A stretch of DNA of 63,732 nucleotides, filler included, from Octopus bimaculoides (GCF_001194135.2; 6 parts of 5 records of this genome joined end to end with filler, not necessarily neighbours in it), one strand, 5' to 3'; positions 37,570 to 51,938 are shown, counted from the whole stretch's first letter. Numbers and translations are program-made. Notes: a model not told the origin generated them from the sequence alone.

Positions 37570-39666
37570 CTTATCGAAGTATAAGAGAGAACTTTCTCGG
37601 TAAATTTCCTAATATAGAGCCATGCTGGCGTGAAGTAAGACAATACAGGCAGTTTTGGATGTCTTTTGCTGCATCTTTGAATGCAGTTTTTAGCGTCGAA
37701 AAGAAATTAAGGTACTTGTTCTTTGTTTAAGAATTTACCTCCAAAATTGCATGTTTTTGAGTTCAACAGTGTGGTGCAATTGAGAATGCATCTTCTTCAA
37801 TGGCCTCGTGTGGAACAAGGTTTTGTGAGAGGAATTTGGCTGTCGGAATCATGGTTATATATATACACGAACAGATGTACGCTCTATGTATCTCTCTTTC
37901 TCTCTCTCTTTCGCAACCGCATATAATGGCAACGTACGGCAGAAACTGTGTGATGGTCAGAAATGTCAAATAGTCTTAGTCCTAATGAAGCCGAATTTGA
38001 TTTTTCCTTTCCGCTTTTGAAGATTGAGAAAATAGCCGCTGGATAAAGAAGTGAGATTAACAAAACAGACAAAAACATTCCTTTAAAGTGTTTTTCTTCA
38101 AAGTATTTTTATTAGAAGAGTAAAAAGAACTTCCATGGTGATTTGAGGGTTTCCGTGACCTTTGGAACAAAAAAAAAAAAAGGGAAGATTACGGAATCAT
38201 AATCAACAAACTGTATTCTCTAAAGTGACACCCAAGGGTCAGGTAATGATGTTAAAATGAGCGGCGAATTAAGTCCACCACTTCAAATCAGGAGCTGTCG
38301 TTTGGAGTGGTTTCTGTCAAGTAATTCACGAGATTTAGTCAACAGGTCGATAATTCTAAAATACTGGACGTAGGGCAGCATTAAAGCCGAAATAATGCAG
38401 AAGCAAAACGAACATCTTAAGCTAAGACATACCTGTTTCGCAACTCAGTGACTGAAATCCTCTAAGGTATAGAAAAGAATCCAGTATTTATAACACGAAT
38501 TTATGAAGAAACTAAACTTTACAGAGGCAATGTAAAAAATATTAAGAAAAGAAATAAAAAAGTATTCTCCTTTGTAAAATGTCTTCCGACAATGATTTTT
38601 GACTGATATTGTATTTTTATTTCCTGCATATGCGAATATGTTTTAGCTATTTTATATTCTAATCATTAAATGTGTTGTCAACGTCAGTAAAAATGGCTGA
38701 CTGCTGTAAAAATGAACCACGTTAAATGTATAGGCTACAGTACGTATCACAAGGCTATTCATGGTGGATATGTTCAGGAAAACAATAGTCAGCAGGAACA
38801 TTTTGCTGTAAGAAGAAATTGCTATATCTGCTCCAGTAAAAATGTTCTGCTTTGTATGAAGATGTTCCACTGATTCCAATGATAATTCTCTGAAGGATTT
38901 ACCATTTTACAATACCATTAGTTTCAATAAGATGTTGCACGTCTACTGCCAACATGCTGACATGATAGTCAGCAGACAATGGCAACATTTTTCTTAAGGA
39001 CATTTTCATAAAATAAACATTAACGAAGTCCATACGACCTATATAATTCTCCGGTCTGAACACTTACTTAATGGAACATGCTGACTTGTCAAAATATATT
39101 TTGCGATCTAAAATCTATTGCAAGAAGCAGAATAAATACAAGATACTAAAAAAAAAAACTTTTTAATTCTCACGTTAAAATAAATATATAAAATCACTAT
39201 TATTTACTATAAAGGCACCATAAAATATTTTCTAAACTCTTTGTGACTCTTCGTAAATTCTTTTAAGCGTGTTTCCATGAAAAGTTGTTTCAGTCGTCAG
39301 GAGTATCATTTAATGATTAATCAGCGAATATTTAACTTCAGACTCGGAAGTAACAGATAAGTTTATGATCCGTTAGCTAGTTTCGATTTACAGCTTAAGT
39401 CAGCAGGAAATCCGTATGTTTAGATTTCCCTTCGTTCTCTTCGACAAAATACTCCCTAATTGATAAAACGGCTATGGCTGTTAAGTTCCTAATAGAAGTA
39501 ATAAGGAAACGNNNNNNNNNNNNNNNNNNNNNNNNNNNNATTTACTATTTCTTGGTAACGTAGATTAATAATGTGGCATGATGGGACCTTGCCGCTGGAT
39601 GTATGTATCTGCAGATACGCGTCGAAATGTTTTCGTCCTCCATCTAGTGAGCAACTAGGGCGTCTC

Positions 39667-39713
<47 letters not shown>

Positions 39714-39799
39714 AGTATGTCTGTCTGTCTATCTATCTAGCTATATATCTATCTAGCTATCTATCTATCTATCTGTCTGCCTGTCTGTTTGTCTGTCTG

Positions 39800-39831
<32 letters not shown>

Positions 39832-39907
39832 GCTAGCTAGCTATACATACATATGTACATACATACATACATACATACACACATACATACATACATACAT
39901 AAACTAG

Positions 39908-40416
39908 CATTCTGTTGGTTACAACGACGAGGGTTCCAGATGATGCGATCAACGGAACAGCCTACTCATCAAAGAATTTAACACTCTTTCGTACAGACGT
40001 CGCAGTATTTTCCATATTCCCCTACAAGTTGAGATGTGGTGTAATGTAGGAACTACAAAGCCTGCCTTACTTAGAAAGAGAGACCCAGACTCGGTACATA
40101 CATGAAATTAACGTGCAAGTGGCTGAGCACACCACAGACACGTCTACCCTTAACGTAGTCCTCGGGGATATTCAGCGTAACACAGTGTGACGAGGCTTAC
40201 CCATTGAATTACAGGCACAACAGAAACAGGAAGTAAGAGTAAGAGAATGGCTGTGGTGAAAGAGTACAGCAGGGTTCGCCACTTTCCCTGTCGGAGCCTC
40301 GTGGAGCTTTAGGTGTTTTCGCTCAATAAACACTCACAACTCCTGGTCTTGGAATCGAAACCGCGATCCTGTGACCGCGAGTACGCTGCCCTAACCACTG
40401 GGCCATTGCGCCTCCA
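39908..40416 (-). mobile_element. Long tRNA-derived SINE family D, with an insertion of about 130 bp near 39970-40100
   Basis: The minus strand begins GGAGGCGCAATGGCCCAGTGGTTAGGGCAGC (A box) ... GGTTTCGATTCC (B box). The body is shared with 41988-42290. Confidence 0.85.
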
Positions 40417-41033
40417 CTCATACATACATATATACGTGGTAATTTCCCCATCTGCAACAGTGGACTGCCGTCTCTGTGCTTCTCCGTTGTCAGTGGAATT
40501 TCTGACTGTCCATCCATGACCTGCCAGATGACGATAATTCAATTCTTTTCTAACTGCACTTAAAACTGGTTAGGTCGGCATACATCATTACCATTCCATC
40601 GTTATAGTACCTTCAATAGATGCAATGACGAATGAGGTCATCATGAATAGACATTGAACGTCGTTGGATTACAGTGATAATCGTTTCTATAACGCGAAAC
40701 CACTCTCTGCGACTGCGTGATGATTACCTGGTGAGAGGCTGAAGCGAGATAATCAGTGATCACGTGGAAGTGCAGATGTTGCATTGGAATGTCCCTCTTG
40801 TAGAAGGGTGGTGTGACAGTGAACAGGGGTCGCCTAACATCCAGCGATTTTATTTACATGTTAATTAGCCTATAGTTGGGGCTCTGGTAGGTGCTAATGC
40901 TCCCAGTCAGAGTAGATCTAATAACAACATTCCTCAAAAGACTGGAAGAACTGCGGCAGGGCCGCACTACTGGTAATAGTTTAAATTATAGACAGGACAA
41001 ACATATATTCACACATACACACATACGTGCGTG

Positions 41034-41065
<32 letters not shown>

Positions 41066-41206
41066 CAAATATACATGCATATATACATACATACATGCGT
41101 GCATGCATACATACATATATGCATACATACATATACACACACTTAAATACATACATGCATGCGTTCATGCGTTCATGGATGCATACATACATGCATACAT
41201 ACATAC

Positions 41207-41450
41207 ACTGTCAGCTTCATTTTTATTATTATTGGAGTAACAGGATGCATACCAAATTTGTCCGGAGCAAAATATGGTTGAACTTGAGATGTTGGGGGAG
41301 AGAATGCAAATCCTTAATCCATATGCGACAAACGATCGCGATATCTGGGATTATTAAAATCTGCAAAACCTTTTTAAGATTTAAAGAATGATGGTTAAAA
41401 GAAGACACTTTCCTTCACAACCTTGCTACCACATATACATACGTACATAT
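41207..41450 (+). mobile_element. 3' tail of (CATA)n-associated RLE LINE
   Basis: FIFIIIGVTG..ISGIIKICKTFLRFKE*, with the same UTR as 35150-35215. CATA repeats lie on both sides. Confidence 0.78.
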
Positions 41451-41987
41451 ACATGCGCACATACACTCACACTCTTACACACATACACATTGTAAAATAT
41501 TAATGGTTTTCTTGTTTTGAAGTTTTCGTTCCTCTCTTATAGAAGAGTCAGAAACTTTTGCGTGAGTGGTGTTTGTGAATTTATATTTTCGCCAATGTTT
41601 GTCTTTTTTTATTTCCCCGGAAGTAGTCGTGATGTTTATGAGAGTGCGTTGCTTTTCCCCGTTAATACGTTTCATTATACTATTTGGGTCGTTTCCTTTG
41701 ATCTGGCTATCAATCTCAGCGAGTATCTTTCAGAGTAACATTACCTTGTTATTGTCACATACTGAGTCTGGTATGTGCTTAGACCACTGATTTTATATTT
41801 CTTTCATTTTCATGTTGAAGCGTTCGCATATACCCCGATAGATATAGTTACATACGTGGACATGTCTGTGAATATATTTAATTTTTCAACAGACAACATT
41901 GTCGCTAGGAAACGATGTGGTCAATTGTTTTTTTTTTATGTTGATTGCTTAGTTTCTTTTGTTTCATTATTTTACTTTCATACTAGA

Positions 41988-42290
41988 AGGCGCGTGGCTT
42001 AGTGGTTAGGGCATTCGGCTCACCATCGTAAGGTCGTGAGTTCAATTCCTGGCAACGTGTTATGTCCTTGAAAAAAACACTTCATTTCAAGTTCCTCCAA
42101 TCCACTCAGCTGGCAAAAAATGAGTTGTGCCTGTAATTCAAAGGGCCAACCTTGTCACACTATGTGTCACGCTGAATCTCTCTGATAACTGCGTTAAGGG
42201 TACACTTATCTGTGGAGTGCTCAGCCACTTGCACATTAATTTCACAAGCACTCAGCTGGGACCCTCGTCGCCGTAACCGACGGAGTGCTC
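41988..42290 (+). mobile_element. tRNA-derived SINE family D
   Basis: GGCGCGTGGCTTAGTGGTTAGGGCATTCGG ... GAGTTCAATTCC ... CCCTCGTCGCCGTAACCGACGG. Confidence 0.85.
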
Positions 42291-42762
42291 CTTAGCTTTC
42301 ATACATTTTGTGTGTGTGGATAGTTTAAGATTTTGCGTTGCTAAAGCCAGACCTATATTCCGTTTTTACGCTAGGACTTTTAAACTAATGTTTGACCTAA
42401 TTTTTGTCTATCTAGTAGGATATTGATCTGAGTGAGGTTATCAACTACACACCCACCTCAGTAGTTTAGAGCTTCCGATTCAATTTAATATTTTCTTTTT
42501 ATGTTATTTCATCTTTTAAGTTTATCTAAAGGGTAAACCTCAATGTAATTACATTGGAGTTTCTACTTTATTGTGTCCTCATATGTAGACAGAAAGTTAA
42601 TTTTATTACGTTCATATTTGTTTCATGGTGCTTTAACAGACTAACTAATCAATCACCATTTATATTTCATTCTTCGATACTTTTTATAGACAACTTTTGG
42701 TTCCTCTTTAGTTTTTGCTTCTCTGTTTGTATCCCCCCGCGCGCGCGTGTACATATATATGT

Positions 42763-42795
<33 letters not shown>

Positions 42796-42796
42796 T

Positions 42797-42962
42797 AGGT
42801 GCAGGAGTGGCTGTGTGTTAAGTAGCTTGCATACCAACCACATGCTTCTGGGTTCCGTCCCACTACGTGGTACCGTAGGCAAATGTCTTCTGCTATAGCC
42901 GCGGGCTGACCAACGCCTTGTGATTGGATTTGGTAGACGGAAACTGAAAGAACCCCGTCGTA
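42797..42962 (+). mobile_element. SINE family C, tRNA head
   Basis: GGTGCAGGAGTGGCTGTGTGTTAAGTAGCTTGC ... GGGTTCCGTCCCAC ... GGTAGACGGAAACTGAAAGAA. Confidence 0.8.
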
Positions 42963-43074
42963 CATATATATATNNNNNNNNNNNNNNNNNNNNNNNNNNN
43001 NNNNNNNNNNNNNNNNNTTAATTAATTAANNNNNNNNNNNNNNNNNNNNNNNNNNNNNNNNNNNNNNNNNNNNT

Positions 43075-43121
43075 AGACATCTCTGAGCGAAAATATACGG
43101 GATAATATGTTAAGGGGTTAA
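43075..43121. mobile_element. Probable piggyBac-type MITE terminus with TTAA
   Basis: Ends ...ATATGTTAAGGGGTTAA (TTAA+CCCC terminus on the minus strand). The rest is lost in a gap. Confidence 0.45.
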
Positions 43122-43587
43122 AGATATGTTGTGCAACATACACAGAACAACCAAATGTAGCTCACAGATGAGTCCCTTTTGCCAGTTAATAAAAGTTTGT
43201 TCCTCATATTTGTTTGGTCAAAGATTAACGGGTACTTTTTGGTTATCTCACCCCCCACTAAATAAGAAAAAGATGAAAAATTAATAAACATGAAAATTGA
43301 AAAAAAATTAAACATCTTAGTGAATCTGATAACATTTTATAACACATCATACTATGCTAATTGAGGTCAAACGTCAACAATGTGTTGAACTATTCAATCA
43401 AAGGGATCTAACTCTTTTAATCCAATCTCTTGTCGCCACATTAACTCGATTTTTTTAGTGGGGAGATGACCCAATTTTTTAATGGCAATGAGATAGCTAA
43501 ACTAACGATTAACGTTTGATGTACGTAAGACAACTAGAAACGGATACAAAAATAGCTGTCAGTATTTCGTTTTTGCACTAGGGAATC

Positions 43588-43762
43588 TCTGTCTGGTACT
43601 GGATTGATCCTAAAATCTAATCAGCTAGTGCTAGTCATGTGTCCAAACGTCCCTGAAAGTTTCAGTGGAATCAGTCCAGTGGTTCTTGAGATATCTTGTC
43701 CACTGACAAACAAACAAATGTGACTGAAAACAATACCTCTGCCTTCGCTAAGGCGGAGCTAA
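43588..43762 (+). mobile_element. Helentron/HINE-like non-autonomous element end with subterminal hairpin; second partial copy at 44462-44614
   Basis: Direct repeat of about 150 bp (GTCTGGTAC..GATTGATCCTAAAATCTAATCAGC..GGTTCTTGAGATATCTTGTCCA..GAAAACAATACC). Copy 1 ends with the stem-loop CTCTGCCTT-CGCT-AAGGCGGAG. Confidence 0.6.
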
Positions 43763-44954
43763 TGAAATCATGGTACATGCTTTCACTTCACTTTGTTTGC
43801 ACAGCTCTGCATTGAGAATGATAAAGATTTTGAACTATTGTAGTTGCATACAGAAGTTCGATGGACGGTAATGGGAAACTGTTGGAAAGTTTCTATTCCT
43901 TTTTTCAAACAGTTGTTGAAGGAGCTAATTCTGTGCCTTGAGATGAACTAAGTAACACCAGCTAGGACCCACAAAGTCAAGGAAATGTGGTTATCAAAAT
44001 AAAGCCATCTCTCCCTGTGTTTCTGTTCAGGTGTCTTGTTCACATCTGGATGAGCTGTACGGAGACGTCTGACAGATTTTAGGATATATGTTTTTCGTTA
44101 AACTGCTAGTCTGGGTGATTCCTAGATATCAGTAATAAGGAAAGAAGAGCAATGGAGGCAGGACTAGCTTCACTTTGAGCTGAGGCCAAAGTTTAAAGAA
44201 ATCAGATCAGGATATTTGATTGCAAAAGGACATTTGTGACTGCTGCTCTGCACTGTGGAACAATTCCTTCCCTTCAGTACAGCTGCTCAGCTTCTTTCAA
44301 AGCGAAGTAAAACTAGATTGAAAGTTGTGGAGCATGTAGATCTAAGACTTTCTTTTTTGTGTCTTTCGGCCTGACTTTGGGAAGCTGATATCCCTTTGCA
44401 AAAAGTACATCAGTCGCAATAAAAACATGAAAACAACAAAAAAAACAAAAGCAGGAAAAATAATCCAGAATCCTTGTCTGGTACCAGATTGATCCTAAAA
44501 TCTAATCAGCTTGTGCTAGTCATGTGGCCAATCATCCCTGACAGTTTCATTGGAATCAGTCCACTGGTTCTTGAGATATCTTGTCCATGGACATACACGA
44601 CTGAAAACAATACCTGCTTTGAGTACCCCGTATAACCACTCGAAACTTTTAAATTTTTTGGGGATTTTCAGCAAAACTTTGCCAATTTATGTCCTACACA
44701 TGAGGCTTCATATGATTGGGTTATTTAGCTGTTATTTTTAGCACATCTCACGACCACCTGATATCATTTCTTTGTCACTCTGAGGTATTGCTGTTTTTCA
44801 ATATTGTTCTCCTGACTCATTTAATGGTCCATTGCTGAGATTTAAGCCAAAACTTTGGACTCACCGTATTTTAAACTCTGATTAAAAAAAGAAAATAACT
44901 TGAAAAATTCAAACAAAACAAAATTTTTTTAATCCAAAAAATGAAAAACAGATA

Positions 44955-45383
44955 CCTTGAGAGAAAAGTTGAACCTCAGAAGCATCAGTTGTGGTGTGCA
45001 AGAGAGACGATTGCGCTGGTATGGTCATGTGGCAAGAATGGATGACGATAGCTGTGTGAAAAAGTGCCATACCCTAGCAGTTGAAGGAACCTGTGGAAGA
45101 GGTAGGCCCAGGAAGAGGCACGACCCTTGAACATTGGGCCTCACTGAGGCAATGACTTCTGACCGAGACCTTTGAAAATACATTGTGCTTGAGAAGACCC
45201 GGCAGGCCAAGTGAGACCTAAGTCCGAGGCCTCTGCCAGGGGTGTAGCCAGCCCACTTAGGCGTACCTTCCTTCATTGGACACAAAACTCCACTTGCGAA
45301 GACCTGTTGAGGCAAGTGAAATCGGAATCAAAATTGAACTAAATTCAATGACTGGCACCCATGCCAACATCGTCTCCTTCATT
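44955..45383 (+). mobile_element. RTE-clade LINE 3' end
   Basis: LREKLNLRSISCGVQERRLRWYGHVARMDDDSCVKKCHTLAVEGTCGRGRPRK, then a short deletion and a UTR. Confidence 0.9.
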
Positions 45384-45744
45384 NNNNNNNNNNNNNNNNN
45401 NNNNNNNNNNNNNNNNNNNNNNNNNNNNNNNNNNNNNNNNNNNNNNNNNNNNNNNNNNNNNNNNNNNNNNNNNNNNNNNNNNNNNNNNNNNNNNNNNNNN
45501 NNNNNNNNNNNNNNNNNNNNNNNNNNNNNNNNNNNNNNNNNNNNNNNNNNNNNNNNNNNNNNNNNNNNNNNNNNNNNNNNNNNNNNNNNNNNNNNNNNNN
45601 NNNNNNNNNNNNNNNNNNNNNNNNNNNNNNNNNNNNNNNNNNNNNNNNNNNNNNNNNNNNNNNNNNNNNNNNNNNNNNNNNNNNNNNNNNNNNNNNNNNN
45701 NNNNNNNNNNNNNNNNNNNNNNNNNNNNNNNNNNNNNNNNNNNN

Positions 45745-45779
<35 letters not shown>

Positions 45780-47637
45780 TTATTTATTTATTTTAAGAGA
45801 TAGATGGATGTATATATAAATATAGGTATCTATATGTATATATATATATTGAGAGATAGATGGATATATATAAATATTATCTATCTGTGTGTGTGTGNNN
45901 NNNNNNNNNNNNNNNNNNNNNNNNNNNNNNNNNNNNNNNNNTTAATTAATTAANNNNNNNNNNNNNNNNNNNNNNNNNNNNNNNNNNNNNNNNNNNNATA
46001 TATGCAACTATTGCACATTTTGCTGCTCACACACACACCTATATAGATATAAATAATCTCATTTTGGACTGACAAGATAGTGACCCTTCGAGGCTGTCCA
46101 CATTGGAACATACCGAAATCCATGCAGAACTTTGTTGGAGATGGGACCTCAACTGATGTCCCGCTTTGTAGGTCCCTGCAATATATGTATTTCCAGAATC
46201 TTTTCTAAATGTACGCTAGCGAATCGATGACTTAGGAAGAACATTATTTAAATAGTCACGGTCTTAACTAATACAAAACCTTTCTTATTATACCGCAGCT
46301 CGTTTGTCTTATTTTAAACGAAGAAATTAGGTAAACGTTAATCTACATACCTGACTGACCTAGTTTTGGACTAGGGATTCAGAGAATCGCATACGAAGTC
46401 ACTTGGACTATCATCAGACTGAGTTTTCCATATATGGGTAGAGTAGTGGAAGCAGCCTATGTTCGATTGAACCACAGAAAGTCATTAAACGATAAAGGTA
46501 AATTTGTACGAAGTTTTATAAGACACCCAGTATTAATACAACAGAACTCTTGGATAGCATTCATGATTTTCATTTTTTTCTCTCTTTTGTCAGGTATTCT
46601 TGTTGCAGACTTCAATATTTATTCTGTAAAATGGATATATTAATTTTTTTCTGATTTCATATTCCCGTTCCTTAAGTTGCTCGAAATTTTTCTACAGTTA
46701 TTCCTTTTGCAAAATCGGGATTGACATTTTTGCCCTTTAGTCTAAAAAAAGAACATTGGGCTTTGCTGAGAACTTATGTTCCACATAATCAGGTTGTTTT
46801 CAACGTCAATAAATCAAAGTTGCTTGTTATCGTATCAGGTGATATGAATTTAGATACTAATTAAGCATTTGTTCAAAGCAGAAAATATTAAACAATTTTG
46901 CCAAAGGCAAACTTTGTTCTAAACGGCAGTGATACAATCCTCATAGGTCTAAATACATTGCCAAACTTTGTGAAATATAAATTCAGGAATGCTAGTCATT
47001 ATACCAACAGAGTAACGGAAGTTTAATACATCAACATATATTCACAAGTTTGAAATTCAATATGGGAAGGTACGCAAAAACACCAGCAGCAAATTAGGAA
47101 ATATTATGTCAGGTTGCGTATACAATGGTTCTAATGTTTCCATTTTTTGATCATTATAATTCAAATGATATGAAAAGACATTAAAGTAGTTTTGAAGGAA
47201 CAACAGTAGTAGTGTGACTTTAATTCGATTTTTAAATAAAATTCACTCATAAAGTCGTCTCCCTTAAATTATACGGCAAGTAAATGTAGACGTAGTGAAT
47301 ATTACCATGTAAATATTTACACATTTCAACCACATTTAGCGAGATTCTAAATATTTGCCTACATATAACGATTTTCCTACATATACACATTAACCTGATA
47401 TTTATTTAAGAATTGAAAGAAATGGAAGTATTCTGTATATATATATTTCAGTATGTGCGTGTACATATACAAAAACAATATCACTATACACAAACTTTTA
47501 TAACATTTTCCTAACATGACGATTTTAATATAATTTTTAACCATATAATACAAATCTTCTGTAGGTTTTCATTCTATTTTTGTTTTTTATACATCCAACC
47601 ACGTGCTTTCACATACCAACTCTCTCACCCATATACA

Positions 47638-47669
<32 letters not shown>

Positions 47670-48586
47670 NNNNNNNNNNNNNNNNNNNNNNNNNNNNNNN
47701 NNNNNNNNNNNNNNNNNNNNNNNNNNNNNNNNNNNNNNNNNNNNNNNNNNNNNNNNNNNNNNNNNNNNNNNNNNNNNNNNNNNNNNNNNNNNNNNNNNNN
47801 NNNNNNNNNNNNNNNNNNNNNNNNNNNNNNNNNNNNNNNNNNNNNNNNNNNNNNNNNNNNNNNNNNNNNNNNNNNNNNNNNNNNNNNNNNNNNNNNNNNN
47901 NNNNNNNNNNNNNNNNNNNNNNNNNNNNNNNNNNNNNNNNNNNNNNNNNNNNNNNNNNNNNNNNNNNNNNNNNNNNNNNNNNNNNNNNNNNNNNNNNNNN
48001 NNNNNNNNNNNNNNNNNNNNNNNNNNNNNNNNNNNNNNNNNNNNNNNNNNNNNNNNNNNNNNNNNNNNNNNNNNNNNNNNNNNNNNNNNNNNNNNNNNNN
48101 NNNNNNNNNNNNNNNNNNNNNNNNNNNNNNNNNNNNNNNNNNNNNNNNNNNNNNNNNNNNNNNNNNNNNNNNNNNNNNNNNNNNNNNNNNNNNNNNNNNN
48201 NNNNNNNNNNNNNNNNNNNNNNNNNNNNNNNNNNNNNNNNTGTGTGTGTGTGTGTGTGTGTGTGTGTTTGGTGGTTGTCCACTTCTTATGCAGAGTTTGA
48301 CCACCTCCTGTACCTACACCTTAGAACCATCATGACGTCTGATGTGGGTTTTTGAACCAGACAATATTTTGAGAAGTCATCCACATAGATTGCATATCTG
48401 ATTACAACCACCAAGAGCTGCAGTTAAGCTCTGATCTTTGTGAATCTTAAAATGTATTTTGAGGCCTCCATTAGATTTGCAGACCTTCTGGCATACATTG
48501 CGTATATATATATTATGTATGTATATATGTATGTATGTATGTATCTATCTATCTATCTATATATATATATATCTATCTATTATCTG

Positions 48587-48623
<37 letters not shown>

Positions 48624-49446
48624 GCATGTATGTATATGTATATGTCTCTGAACTGTGTATTCATCTAAGTACGTGTGTGCATAACCAAGCGCTCACCCGC
48701 ACATACCCACCTACGCGTGTATATTTTCATTAAAATTGAAACGCCTTGTTTGTAGATAACATCATGAGTAAATTTACACGCGTAATGTTTATTAAACATA
48801 CACATAGCCATGTTATATCTATATCACACGGCCTCTGTTTTATTGTTTTAATGTTAGCCTCTTTATTACAGAGAACAATTAGTAAACGCATTGTATATCA
48901 ACTTGGGTATAAAAGCTACCTGATATTAAAATCAAAAAATTTAAGTTTGAAACCCACCTCTTTCTATTTCTAATATCTTGTCCAAGCTTTCGAAGATTAG
49001 TTAAAACAATAAAAACTGAAAAATAAAATTTAAAAATACCCCCAAAATATTCATAGTTGACGAGAAGCATTAAATGAAGTGAAAATTCAATGATCTCTTC
49101 AGAAAATATAGCTTAACGTTATAATATAATGGGTATTTAATTGACTGAAGCGATGCGTTATCTGAGTTTAGTGAGGTTAACGTTTTTAAAACATTTGAAT
49201 TTTTCGCATAAAAAAGGAACAAAAACGTAAATGAGTAAATAATTGAATAAAAATAAAATAGGTGAACAAATACTGCGTTTGTGATATGGCGATGGAGGCA
49301 TGTGACATGAACAAAGGTTTAATGTTAAAACGACAGAGACGTTGATCTTGCTCTTGTCCTGTTGCTGCCACCTTCACCCCTACAATCTCTGTAACTACTA
49401 CTACTACTGTTATTAGTATTGCTACTACTACGAATAATAATAATAA

Positions 49447-49658
49447 TCCTTTTTACTATAGGCACAGGCCCTGAGATTTGGGGGAGGGTACTATTCGATT
49501 ACATCGATACCAACACTTCACTGGTGCTTATTTCAACGACCCCGAAAGGATGAGAGGCAAAGTCGACCTCGGCGGAATTTGAACGCAGAACGTGAAGACG
49601 GGAGAAATACTGCTAAGCATTTCGCCCTGTGCACTAACGATTCCGCCAGCTTGCCACC
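49447..49658 (-). mobile_element. SINE family A, CpG-rich; a more degenerate copy lies at about 50010-50165
   Basis: AGTCGACCTCGGCGGAATTTGAACGCAGAACG ... CATTTCGCCCTGTGCACTAACGATTCCGCCAGC. Confidence 0.85.
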
Positions 49659-49803
49659 TTACAAATACTGTTGCTACTAGTTGTAGTAGCACTACTAATA
49701 CTAGTGCTGCCACTGCTGCTATCAATACCACTACCGCTACTGCAACCACAACAACAACATTTCCTACGACTACAGCTACTGTTACTACTACTAATACTAC
49801 TAT

Positions 49804-49844
<41 letters not shown>

Positions 49845-49845
49845 C

Positions 49846-49890
<45 letters not shown>

Positions 49891-51509
49891 CAATAATAAT
49901 AATGCTTTTCAGTTTTTTATCACTCGTTCGTCTTGATCGAGAAGAAATTAGAAACAACAGAATCCCTATATTTATCTTTGTTATTTGGAAATCATAAAAT
50001 TGTTTCTGTTCGAGGAGGCAGAAGACCAGCAGGTTTAGGAGGAGGGGATAAGCTGATACTATCCACCCGAGTACATAACTGGTACTTTATTTTACCAATC
50101 TGGGAAGGATAAAAGGTGAAGTTGGTCTTGACGGGATTTGAAACGAAAACGTAAGCAAGCCGAGAAAGGCTACTATATATAACATGTCCTTCGCACCTGC
50201 TTTTATGAAAACGGTTAGCTGTGATTAGAGGGCGGTTCTGGCAGCTTTTGAATAGAAAAGTAATCGACTATGTAGAGTGTATTTCGTTGTTTCCGTGAGA
50301 AGCTTTATATGTAAATTGTCAAATTTATATTGTCACTCGGCTACGGAAAAGTACCAACAGTATACGCCTCAGTGTGAAATCCAGAAGTGTTTCACACAAA
50401 ATCCACACACTGTATTTTCCGGCATAAAAGTCGAACGTTTCAGACCAAAAATTACAGTCATAAAAGGTAGGTTGCCTTGTTCACCAGCATGACAAAAAGC
50501 CCATGTGAAAAGCATCAAGATTTGAGAACATAGTGACGATCTTTGAATATTTACACTAGGTCTTTACATTATATTCTACGTCGACATGTATGCAAGGAAA
50601 ACGAGGTGTCTCTGAAGTTAACATTGACTGATGATGAAGGCAAAATTACACTTCACTGATGAGTGAAGTTAAAACCGAAACTTGTCTTCATTTGTTATGA
50701 AGATACCAAAATTAAAATCTCTTTCCAATGTGTAATTCAAATCCTATTTTAAATTGATTACAACCTTGAAACGTGTAAAGGAAATTTTACAATTACACTA
50801 AATATTATTTCTATTCTAATATTCACATTATTAGATATTCGTAATATTTCATTTTGTCACAATTTTTTATTATGACTTCACTTCCTTCCTTCCATAGTTA
50901 AAGGCTTGCTATTGTGATACATGAATTTGTAGCATTATCTCAGATATATCAATTATGTCTTCAATTCCGTACCATAGCTCATACACTTGAAAGTGTTTCA
51001 ATATTTTACAGATTTTTATTGTCTTATTTGGTGCTCCATAGTTAAGATTATAGTAGACAAAGGTGTATGTATGCATACATGTGCTTATCTACTTATTCTA
51101 GCTCTTATAGTACACTCCATATATGTTAATTTTAGAATTTGTTCAGTGTGAAATCTGCCGAATACATCTATTGTTTGTGTCTATATTATGAAACTATTTG
51201 TTATTTTATAGCAGAGTCTGGTGTCTCACTTGCCATGAAATGTTCTGATGTGTAGTCCTCTCGTTATATTACAGCAGTGCTTATTGGTATGTAACTATGT
51301 GTGTTTCTGTATGTGTGTACTTATATGTGTGTGACGAATGATGTAACGTCGCTTTCTGGAATTACACAGATTACAAAACAGCTACCAACAAATGGAATAA
51401 TCATCTATTCTATCACTTCACTTCTCTTATTTCACCAATGTTTGTTACACATTCTCCACTATTGCGATTTGGGGATTTTCAGAAGGACGCATTGTTTATA
51501 ATCGAGCCT

Positions 51510-51897
51510 TAACTACTGGGCTTCTTTTAGTTTCCGTCTACGAAATCCACTCGCAAGGCTTTCGTTGGCCCGAGGCTATAGTAGAAGACACTTTTCCAGA
51601 CTGCCATGCAGTGGGACTGAACCGAGAACCATGTGGTTGGGAAGCAAGCTTCTTACCACACAGCCACACCCAGGCTAAATATGTGTGCGTGTGTGTGCGC
51701 GCGCGTTGGTATGTCTGATTGTCCACAACCAACAACATCGCTTGAGAGCCGGTGGTGGTGTGTTTACGTCTCCGTAACTTATCGGTTCGGCAAAAGGGAC
51801 CAATAGAATAAGTACTAGGCTTACAAAGAGTAAGTCCTGGGATCGATTTGTTTGACTAAAGGCGGTGCTCCAGCATGGCCATAGTCAAATGACTGAN
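51510..51897. mobile_element. SINE family C pieces: minus-strand head (51510-51670) and plus-strand 3' half (51720-51897)
   Basis: Matches the head at 42797 in reverse complement, followed by the GGCGGTGCTCCAGCATGGCC tail. Confidence 0.8.
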
Positions 51898-51906
51898 NNN
51901 NNNNNN

Positions 51907-51938
<32 letters not shown>

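Noticed and set aside
38652-39100. Possible piggyBac transposase remnant (GADIAISSY..FLNISTMNSLVI)
   Set aside because: The similarity is too weak and fragmentary to call by eye.
50645-50695. CTGATGAG..CGAAACTTGTC hammerhead-like string
   Set aside because: The core and stem III look right, but stem II and stem I do not pair canonically.
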